From Tenericutes bacterium ADurb.Bin087 (lineage in GTDB: Bacteria > Bacillota_I > Bacilli_A > RFN20 > CAG-826), in the NCBI GenBank assembly GCA_002070905.1, contig MWEF01000006.1, positions 1,821 to 65,820 on the forward strand: 64,000 nucleotides of DNA, in the 5' to 3' direction. How positions within the stretch are numbered: position 1 is the first letter of the stretch; each line of letters begins with the position of its first letter. The notes beneath the pieces are model-generated. The model ran no database searches and was not told where the DNA came from. It saw nothing but the letters and a program-made list of their open reading frames with translations. Positions 46,605-54,630 of this stretch are shown here, in pieces. A program made the translations under genes and the position numbers.

Positions 46605-48371
46605 TCACTTATAATTAACAATTAACATCTCATTAGCGAAAGATACATTAGAAATACAGGCGCGACGATCAGGTGAAGGTTTATCAATATGGGTATGAAT
46701 TGGATAAACAATTTTAAGTTCACTTTCTTTTGTCAAAAAGAGTGAAGGATGACCTGGTCCTGAAGTTAAGCCATCAATTTTCTTAATAACTGGTCCATGC
46801 TTACACTTTTCGTATGGTCCTAGAACATTTTCACTGCGCGCAAGACCAACAGCGTGTGCTGGATTAATAAAATAGTTAGCGGTATACAATAAGTAATAGT
46901 ATCCATCGTGATAATATAGCGCCGGCCCTTCGTTACGATAAAATAAATCATCTGCATTATACTCCCAAGGTTCACTTGGTGTTAATAGTAACTTCGGTTC
47001 ACCAATTGTTTTTAAGAGTGTGTCGTCAAGTCTAACAATATATATCTCCGAAGTTTGCTGATTACCAACAAAATTCGTCGAACAATGCATTACGAAAAGT
47101 AAATATTTATGACCGTCTTCATCGATAAAGAGCGTGGCATCTGTTGTTGATTTCCCCTTTATATTAATAAGTGGACTCTCTTTATTTATATCCTTATACG
47201 GACCATCAATCTTCGCGGCTTTAGCAACATTAATATGCATTAAGTCATCATTACCACGCGCTGAATAAAACATATAAAACTCATTATTATACTTATAAAC
47301 TTCTGGTGCCCAAAAGTCCATATTTCCAAAGGAGTTAGTCTTGTCTAATACTGTCCCGCCTTCACTAAAATGATCAAGGTTTTCACCTTTATACACTACG
47401 AAGCGATCGCCACGCACGCGCGTGCCAAATAAATAATAAAAGCCATTTTCATAAATAATAAATGGATCACCAATTTTATTAACATTCGTAAAAAGAGTGC
47501 CGCCTACTTGTTTAGCTTTAATTACACCAAAGTGGCGCGTACGAAACTTACTTGGTGTCATATTATAAGTATCTTTAAAAGCTTTGATAAAAGAATACTT
47601 CGTACGAAACCCGACACTATTATAAATAACTTCTAACGTATAATTATGGTTTTCAAGCAATTGAACCGCTTTTTGCAGGCGATATTTCGTTAAATACATA
47701 CCAGGTGACACACCAAATTCTTCTTTAAAAGCATGGCAAAAGTGATAATACGAATAATTAGAGGTATTTGCCAAATCTTTGACATTAATATTGTTTTGAT
47801 AATTGATTTCAATATATTCTTTTACTTGCTCTAGCGCAGTGTTAATATTGTATTTTTGGTCACTTGTGACAATATTGAGCAATATTTCATAGATAATAGT
47901 CGAAAGTCTTATGTAGGACGGATTATTCTTGCGCAGTTCATCTAACGCTTCATTAAAGAGTGCACTGAATTCGTCTTTCTTGTCATGTAATACCGCGCTT
48001 TTATTACGCATCGCGAAAAGGCGATAAATAGTTTGAATGTTATTACCTCTAAAATAGCCAAATAAAGCGTGGCAAGGTAGGACACTATTTTGTTCAAACG
48101 TAAAACCAAGATTGCTATCAAGAAAAGCTAAATCCCCAGCTTTGAGTACAGCTTTAGTATTTTGATAATTTAGGATTACACTACCTTCAGTTACGAGCCA
48201 TATCGTATATTCAGACAAACCTTTTTTCGTGTTAGCGTAACCCTGTTCAAGCTCTAAAAAACCAATTTGCCGATAATTATATAAGAAAACAGAATCAATG
48301 ATTTCTTCTTGATGGTATATCTCCGTTTTAAGGCCAAAGCGTTGGATTACTTTATCAATCATCTCTAACAA
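46605..48371 (-). CDS. AraC-family transcriptional regulator fused to a GH43 glycoside hydrolase domain
   Basis: The N-terminus has a cupin-like sensor and an AraC HTH (..YYHFCHAFKEEFGVSPGMYLTKYRLQKA..FRTKYSFIKAFKDTYNMTPSKFR). The C-terminal ~300 aa carry GH43 blocks GDPFIIYENGFYYLFGT, FWAPEVYKYNNEFYMFY, DATLFIDEDGHKYL and NEGPALYYHDGYYYLLY. The start is TTG at 48371 or ATG at 48362. Confidence 0.8.
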   Translation of the reverse strand: MLEMIDKVIQRFGLKTEIYHQEEIIDSVFLYNYRQIGFLELEQGYANTKKGLSEYTIWLVTEGSVILNYQNTKAVLKAGDLAFLDSNLGFTFEQNSVLPCHALFGYFRGNNIQTIYRLFAMRNKSAVLHDKKDEFSALFNEALDELRKNNPSYIRLSTIIYEILLNIVTSDQKYNINTALEQVKEYIEINYQNNINVKDLANTSNYSYYHFCHAFKEEFGVSPGMYLTKYRLQKAVQLLENHNYTLEVIYNSVGFRTKYSFIKAFKDTYNMTPSKFRTRHFGVIKAKQVGGTLFTNVNKIGDPFIIYENGFYYLFGTRVRGDRFVVYKGENLDHFSEGGTVLDKTNSFGNMDFWAPEVYKYNNEFYMFYSARGNDDLMHINVAKAAKIDGPYKDINKESPLINIKGKSTTDATLFIDEDGHKYLLFVMHCSTNFVGNQQTSEIYIVRLDDTLLKTIGEPKLLLTPSEPWEYNADDLFYRNEGPALYYHDGYYYLLYTANYFINPAHAVGLARSENVLGPYEKCKHGPVIKKIDGLTSGPGHPSLFLTKESELKIVYPIHTHIDKPSPDRRACISNVSFANEMLIVNYK

Positions 48372-48409
48372 AATTTAACACTAATTTAACAAAATTTGCA
48401 ATAGATATC

Positions 48410-48425
48410 AGAACATATATGTTCT
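48410..48425. promoter_or_regulatory. perfect 16-bp palindrome in the divergent promoter region (candidate operator)
   Basis: AGAACATATATGTTCT. Upstream of it are three AATTT(A/G)(A/C)A direct repeats (48372-48401). Confidence 0.4.
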
Positions 48426-48454
48426 ACAATTTAATTGTGAAAGATTACTGCAAT

Positions 48455-51400
48455 ATGAAAAAAATGAAAATGGCCTTGTTAGGCGTTTTATTATTAGCGG
48501 GTTGTAACAACACTACTTCTTCACTTTCTTCAACTCCTGAAAATTCATTTTCAACTTCGGAAATAGCTAGTGAAGTCACTTCTTCAGCGGAAGATTCTGC
48601 CACAAGCGAAGATATTTCAATACCTGATCCCGTTTACCTTGATTACATTGTGCTTGATACAACGGCGGTCAAAACTGAATTTTACTACGATGAAACATTT
48701 ACTGCTGAAGGATTAATCGTCACCGCTTACTTCACTGATGACTCTTTTAGTGTTGTTAGTGACTTTGGTGTTAGCGCACCAACTTTCGAATTAGGATTAC
48801 GTGACGTTAGTGTATCTTATACATTTGAGAATATTACAAAAGTGGCAACTTATCAAATTGAGATTAAAGATCGCTTAGGTCCCACTGATTGTATTATCAA
48901 TAGTGTCTTTAATAAAGAGGTCAGCAATCAAGTCGTTTATTTAAATGAATCTGAATATATCGAATTTAAAGCACTGGAAAATTATGAAGATGTTTTAGAT
49001 GTTCAGGTCGCACTTAATTCTTATGTGACTAATGTTACTTATAATGCTGCTGACCGTCACTTGTCATGGCTAGTAACTGATGGAGTTTCTTCTGCTACTT
49101 ATTACGTAACGATTAATGTGCGTGAAGCCTTTGGTGCAAGCACTTTTGTCAGTGGATATGGTAGTAATGATTATATTACGTGGAGTTATTTATACGATGG
49201 TTACCATATTAATAAAACAAGTAGTTTTGGTTCGGCAACTTATTATTACGCTGATGGTAAAGCGATAATTGGGAAAAGTTATGAAGTTTCATTTAATGTT
49301 AGTCTTGATGAATTAGAAGAAAATGCTGAATTTAAAGTTGAACTGCTTTCGGAAACTGGGTATATGATTCGTTTTGTGTGTCGGGTCGCTAGTGATCTAA
49401 GTTTAACGTTCCTAAGTGACCGTTATGACGGTGAATTTATGAATTATCTTACCCACAAGGCCGCACTTGACAATAAAGCGATGCATTGGAAAATAATTGT
49501 GTTTAATAATGTTGCCCGCTGGATAGTGGATAACGAATTAATATATGAGCGCGCAGTTTATGAATCACGCGAATCATCATTTTGTATTTCTGCGGGTAAA
49601 CTAAGCGCGACAATTTCACAAATTGACCATTTGCTTGACACTAATACGGTAAGCGCAAACTTCAATTACTATAATGAAATCGCTAATACTTTAATTCCAA
49701 ACTTTGGCAAACTCACAAATGGTAATGGCTGGAATCTCGATAAAGTAATTTATGAAAATAATAACTATATTATCAATCAAGATTTAAGTTCTTCAAGTCG
49801 CACAGCAGGGGCGCTCTATACCCACGGCTCACAAGTTTATGGTAGTCGCTTTGGGGTGAAAGGTACTGTGCGAATTTATGATACAAAAACTACTGGCGGC
49901 GCTGCTTCAAAAGTAGAATTCCAAGTGTATATGAACGCTTCTAACTATATTAAGTTTTATCTTTATCGCTATTCCACGACAAATAACTCACTTTATATTG
50001 AAGGGATGAATAGTCAATTAGGAAAAATTCCATTAACTAGAATTATGAATAATACATTTGAGGCAGGTACCGATATTACACTAAATTATGAAGTATTATT
50101 TGATTTAGGTAATATTTACTTCGTTATTGATAATGAACTCGTCCATTATTATCAAAGTGGGTGGCGGAAAGCAGGCTACGCTTTTGGTGTTCTTCAATAC
50201 GCGAAAACGACTTGGAGTAACACGGAAATCTTTGATTACAATAATACATATGACGAAGCTTATTTATTTAAAGACCAATTAAATGCGTTACGTAATCGCA
50301 ATAATGCCTTCTTGTCTGATGACTATTTCGTTAACACAAGTAGCGATATGTATGTAAAGGAAGATTACACAACTGGTTTTAGTCAAGTAATGATTGAGGG
50401 TGAACCTTTAGCCAATGACTATTATGTCTTTGGTGGCAGACTTATTAATTATCAAGCGCGAGCGTGGGGCCAAGCGGAAATTACGATATATAGCGATGAT
50501 TATCATTCTTATCGTTATGTGTTAGAAAAAACAGATCGTGGTGAGTTCCAAGTGTTTACCGAATATAAAAATGTCGATGGCACGAATTGGTTAGGGCGTA
50601 AAAACGTCATTGCGCCTCATTCCCGCAATAAAAACTTTATGACTTTTGAAGTTGTCGTGAACGCTGATAGTGTTTATCTCTTAATTAATAATCTCATTTA
50701 CCATTCTTATGTTAGTGAAAATGACTTTATCCCGCGCTATGTGCAAATTGGTGGAAGAGCCACTTACGTTGCATTTTGTGATGGTTATTATAAATATATG
50801 GAGGCTAGCGAAATGAGTGATTACATTGCAACATTAAAAGAATACGAATATATTTCACCTTACACAAATAGGATTGATTCACTTGCGGCCAAATACGCTA
50901 GTGCGACGCCAGGCGGAACACTTTTCCTAGGTAGTTCAACGATTGACTTTTGGAGTACGTGGGCGACAGATTGTGCTCTTACTGACGGTGTTACTGGATA
51001 TAACGTCGGGATTGGTGGCACACTTGTTGAAGATTGGTTCTACGCTTACGATAAGCTTGTTAAACCATTTAACGCGAGTCGTTTTGTCATCTTCGTCGGT
51101 GGCAATAATATAAACGCTAACGGTGATACTGCCGAATACACCGCAAACTTACTTGATCAATTTATTCTGAAAATACATCAAGAATTCCCTGATTCAGAAA
51201 TATATTACATTTATTCATTACCAACACCTAGTAACTACGCTAACGGGGTTTATACATATGAATACGGACAATTAATCGTGCGGATGAAAGAAATTTGTGC
51301 AACAAGAGACTATGTTACTGGTGTCGATATGGAAGCAGCACTGAGTCAAGATGGTAATCCAATTCCTGGCTACTTCCTTAGTGACGGCATTCACATGAGT

Positions 51401-51463
51401 GAAGCAGGGTACGCTGCTTGGACTAAAGTTGTTAGAAAAGAAATTTTTAAATATTTAGATTAG
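48455..51463 (+). CDS. surface lipoprotein: Ig-like domain, three concanavalin/LamG-like modules, C-terminal SGNH esterase
   Basis: Lipobox LLLAGC and an S/T-rich linker. A Big_3-like segment follows (YLDYIVLDTT..GLIVTAYFTDDS..VSVSY). There are three repeats ending ..DNELIYE, ..DNELVHY and ..NNLIYHS. SGNH blocks are LFLGSSTIDFW, GIGGT, FVGGNNI and SDGIHMSEAGY. Confidence 0.75.
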   Translation: MKKMKMALLGVLLLAGCNNTTSSLSSTPENSFSTSEIASEVTSSAEDSATSEDISIPDPVYLDYIVLDTTAVKTEFYYDETFTAEGLIVTAYFTDDSFSVVSDFGVSAPTFELGLRDVSVSYTFENITKVATYQIEIKDRLGPTDCIINSVFNKEVSNQVVYLNESEYIEFKALENYEDVLDVQVALNSYVTNVTYNAADRHLSWLVTDGVSSATYYVTINVREAFGASTFVSGYGSNDYITWSYLYDGYHINKTSSFGSATYYYADGKAIIGKSYEVSFNVSLDELEENAEFKVELLSETGYMIRFVCRVASDLSLTFLSDRYDGEFMNYLTHKAALDNKAMHWKIIVFNNVARWIVDNELIYERAVYESRESSFCISAGKLSATISQIDHLLDTNTVSANFNYYNEIANTLIPNFGKLTNGNGWNLDKVIYENNNYIINQDLSSSSRTAGALYTHGSQVYGSRFGVKGTVRIYDTKTTGGAASKVEFQVYMNASNYIKFYLYRYSTTNNSLYIEGMNSQLGKIPLTRIMNNTFEAGTDITLNYEVLFDLGNIYFVIDNELVHYYQSGWRKAGYAFGVLQYAKTTWSNTEIFDYNNTYDEAYLFKDQLNALRNRNNAFLSDDYFVNTSSDMYVKEDYTTGFSQVMIEGEPLANDYYVFGGRLINYQARAWGQAEITIYSDDYHSYRYVLEKTDRGEFQVFTEYKNVDGTNWLGRKNVIAPHSRNKNFMTFEVVVNADSVYLLINNLIYHSYVSENDFIPRYVQIGGRATYVAFCDGYYKYMEASEMSDYIATLKEYEYISPYTNRIDSLAAKYASATPGGTLFLGSSTIDFWSTWATDCALTDGVTGYNVGIGGTLVEDWFYAYDKLVKPFNASRFVIFVGGNNINANGDTAEYTANLLDQFILKIHQEFPDSEIYYIYSLPTPSNYANGVYTYEYGQLIVRMKEICATRDYVTGVDMEAALSQDGNPIPGYFLSDGIHMSEAGYAAWTKVVRKEIFKYLD

Positions 51464-51474
51464 GAGGCAAAAAT

Positions 51475-53109
51475 ATGAAAAAGAAATTTTCGATCGCACT
51501 CTCATCGCTAGCGGTTATCGCGATGGCAGTACCGCTATGTCTTAAAGGACCTGCGCATAATGAAAAGGTCTACGCTAGTCCCGAAGTACTAGCGCTAAAA
51601 CAAAAGGTAGTCATGAACTACACTGCTGAAACTTACGGAATTGATGAAGGTGTCGATACCTTTAAATACGACGTTACAGGGCAAAGAGAACTTGCGGTAA
51701 GGTTAAATCTTCATACGATTTATAATCGAGACGGCTTAACCTTAACAGGCATTGGTTCACGACAAGGCGATAGTCACGTTGTAACTAATACTGCTGAATT
51801 CTTAAAAGGACCCGCTTACTATGTTGATGGTAATAAAAGCTTCAGTTATATTGATGAAACTGTCACAGCACTAACCTTTAGTTATTGGGTCAAAGGCAGT
51901 GCCGCTAATGACCAATTTGGGACCGCTACCAACACTCAATTTGGGCAAAGAGAAGGCGCTTTTTCCATCAGAAACTGGAACGCTGATGATAATATCTTGC
52001 GCTCTATTGACTTTTGTTATGGTTCCGTAATGTCTTATGAAGTTAATAGTAGCAACTACACTACTGACAGAAGTAACCAATGGATTACAATTGGGATGGT
52101 ACGTGAAGTTGGCAACATGACGCTATACAACGGGGGAACAAGCACTTCCTTTTATAATGACGGAACAGCTTGGGATTTACACACTTATACAATGGATCCG
52201 ACTAACGGATTAACAATGTATAAAAATGGGGTGAAATTAGTTAATTATTTACCAGCCGCTACAACTTACACTACAGGTTTAACTGGTGTTGTTCGCATTA
52301 GTGCCCAAGGGCTATTAGATATTTGTTTAAGTATTCTTCGATCAACACACGCTAACTTCCATGTGCACCGCGGTTATAAAGGAACGGGCACATATGTTTC
52401 TGCTTCAACAGCAGGGATTGCCCTTGATGAATTTAATATCTTTAAAGGTGCACTAAGTGACACTGAAGTTGAATTACTTTATAACTCATATAAAGGTGTT
52501 AAATATTATGATGGTGCGACTGTCTTAAAAACATATTCTGATTTAGTGGGCACTAATGTTCCTGCATATTCACCCGCTAAAGCAAACTTTGCGTTCTATC
52601 GCTGGGCAAGTGATGCTGAACTACAAAACCCAGCAACAGTAACGGCAATTCCAAGTGCGGACACTAATTTATATGCCGACTGGAAAAACGCCGCAAATGT
52701 CACTAATGGCGGGATTAACGCGGCAACTTCGTTTACTGATGCTTATATGCACATGGCCGATGCTGCTTTTAATACAGGTAACTATGTTGGCGAATGCGAT
52801 AAGAAAGACGGAATAACTGGTTTATCCCCATATGATGAAGCTAAAGCGGCATTTAATGCGATGAGTGATGAAGGGCGCTTTGCCTTTGTGACTGATGCTC
52901 AATTCACTAATGCTTATGCGCGATTACAAGCATGGGCAACCGCTAATGGCGATGTCTTCTCAGGCACCACAATCGTCGCAGCAGGTGGTTCACGCCTAGT
53001 TATCAATGAAAGTACCACTACTTCATTAATTCCACTTATTGCAATCGCCTTCGTGTTTATTACATTTGGATTTATCTACATTAACCGCAAAAAGAAAAGT
53101 TATAACTAA
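51475..53109 (+). CDS. exported LamG (Laminin_G_3-like) protein with a Listeria-Bacteroides (Flg_new) repeat and C-terminal TM anchor
   Basis: Signal peptide present. LamG-type ending LDEFNIFKGALSDTEVELLYNSY. Flg_new-like VKYYDG...FAFYRWASD...TNLYADW. C-terminal IPLIAIAFVFITFGFIYI followed by NRKKKSYN. AGGAGG RBS. Confidence 0.7.
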   Translation: MKKKFSIALSSLAVIAMAVPLCLKGPAHNEKVYASPEVLALKQKVVMNYTAETYGIDEGVDTFKYDVTGQRELAVRLNLHTIYNRDGLTLTGIGSRQGDSHVVTNTAEFLKGPAYYVDGNKSFSYIDETVTALTFSYWVKGSAANDQFGTATNTQFGQREGAFSIRNWNADDNILRSIDFCYGSVMSYEVNSSNYTTDRSNQWITIGMVREVGNMTLYNGGTSTSFYNDGTAWDLHTYTMDPTNGLTMYKNGVKLVNYLPAATTYTTGLTGVVRISAQGLLDICLSILRSTHANFHVHRGYKGTGTYVSASTAGIALDEFNIFKGALSDTEVELLYNSYKGVKYYDGATVLKTYSDLVGTNVPAYSPAKANFAFYRWASDAELQNPATVTAIPSADTNLYADWKNAANVTNGGINAATSFTDAYMHMADAAFNTGNYVGECDKKDGITGLSPYDEAKAAFNAMSDEGRFAFVTDAQFTNAYARLQAWATANGDVFSGTTIVAAGGSRLVINESTTTSLIPLIAIAFVFITFGFIYINRKKKSYN

Positions 53110-53133
53110 TTAACTTTTTAAAACAATTAGACT

Positions 53134-53164
53134 AGACCTAGAATTCAACTAGGTCTTTTCTTTT
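53134..53164. terminator. bidirectional intrinsic terminator between the convergent operons
   Basis: AGACCTAG-aattcaa-CTAGGTCT hairpin followed by TTTTCTTTT. Confidence 0.75.
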
Positions 53165-53184
53165 AACGATTAGAATCTTTTAAA

Positions 53185-54630
53185 TCACTGGTAAACAACA
53201 TTGAATACATAATCAATATATAAAGTGTAACCAGCTGCGTTAAGGTTATAGTTATTTTTATATAAATTCGTTTTAATTGAGTTATCGTCATTAATAAATA
53301 ATGGTAATGTGTTAATAAAATTACACCAAGTTTTATCTGCTGAATATGCACTTAAATAATTATTAAATGTAATTATTGAAGTTGTTCTCCCTGGATAGTT
53401 TTTAATTGGATTAACCGACACAACATAAATATTTGTATCTGGTAATAATGAATGGATTTCATCAAGGAAAGCAATATATTCATCTTTCATCTCTTCAATT
53501 GATGTTTTCCATAGTGTTATATCTTTACCACCAATGTTAAAAATGACATTTTTAGGCTTATGTTTAGTAACGATACTTACATATTCTAGCCAATCTTCTA
53601 AATACCAATCAACATTAGCAATTACATAAGAATTCTTACCATCTAAATCGGTGTTTGCGGAAAACCAGTTTGTGAGTGAATAATACGAATCTCCGACAAA
53701 TAAATAATCAACATCAATGTTTTCATTAATTCCAAATGTTCCGTCTTCCCGTAAAATATAATAGCTCCACGCATTAAGGAAATCGGCTTCAATCATATTG
53801 CCCCAACTAGTAGCGCTTGGACTATTTGAGTTTCGCATGGCCACGGCAAAAGAAAGATTACCAAGTGCAGCTTCATATGTTGTACCGATTGCACTATATG
53901 GGATGTAAAAAGAAACTTCGTAACCATCATATCCATCAAGAATTAGAGCGCGTTCTACTGCCGAAGCCATAATCCCATCTTGCAGTGGACTGTTAGCACT
54001 CATTGCATTTGAGGTTGTAAAAATATTCATATATGAATTTCCGGCTGCGTCACACAGCACTTTAATGGCTTCATTTGTATTATAACCAGCGGGATTAGTT
54101 GATGGGGTTGCCGCAACAGCTATTTCGACATTATCATTGTAACCTGTCGTATTCGCAGTAAAGATGATTTCATCGGTGACGCACGCCACAACACTTAAAC
54201 CATTTTCTTCATAATCAAATGACCAATAACTCTTTGCTTCCATCGCATCAACACGTGCATAACTTAAAAATGCACCTCGTAATTTACTTTCGATTGGCAG
54301 CCAAGCAGCATAAAATGTTGTATCTTTTTCTAGTTCAAATGGAAAAGTAACTACTTCATCACTTAAATCCGCTAATAAATGCCACCCCGCAAAGTCAAAA
54401 CCTTCTTTTGTTGTTTCAGGTTCAGTCGTAATTACATTGGTGGTGTATGGCGCGATTTCACTACCACCATTTGTCACAAAAGTAACATAATAATAAGCAT
54501 CACCATACTTGACACTAAGTTCTTCGACACTGCTACTTTCGACACTACTAGCGGAAGAACCACAACCGACAAGTAACAAGGATAACACAACTAAAATTAA
54601 ATTTTTCTTGTTCATAGGCTTAAAACACAA
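53185..54630 (-). CDS. surface lipoprotein: Flg_new repeat, beta-sandwich (CBM-like) domain, degenerate SGNH domain
   Basis: Lipobox LLLVGC. Flg_new-like YYVTFVTNGGSEI..GFDFAGWHL..TTFYAAW. SGNH block I is FVGDSYY, but block V reads NNYNLNAAGY, with no Asp or His. TTG start at 54630 is 9 nt behind GGAGG (alternative ATG at 54615). Confidence 0.7.
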   Translation of the reverse strand: MCFKPMNKKNLILVVLSLLLVGCGSSASSVESSSVEELSVKYGDAYYYVTFVTNGGSEIAPYTTNVITTEPETTKEGFDFAGWHLLADLSDEVVTFPFELEKDTTFYAAWLPIESKLRGAFLSYARVDAMEAKSYWSFDYEENGLSVVACVTDEIIFTANTTGYNDNVEIAVAATPSTNPAGYNTNEAIKVLCDAAGNSYMNIFTTSNAMSANSPLQDGIMASAVERALILDGYDGYEVSFYIPYSAIGTTYEAALGNLSFAVAMRNSNSPSATSWGNMIEADFLNAWSYYILREDGTFGINENIDVDYLFVGDSYYSLTNWFSANTDLDGKNSYVIANVDWYLEDWLEYVSIVTKHKPKNVIFNIGGKDITLWKTSIEEMKDEYIAFLDEIHSLLPDTNIYVVSVNPIKNYPGRTTSIITFNNYLSAYSADKTWCNFINTLPLFINDDNSIKTNLYKNNYNLNAAGYTLYIDYVFNVVYQ

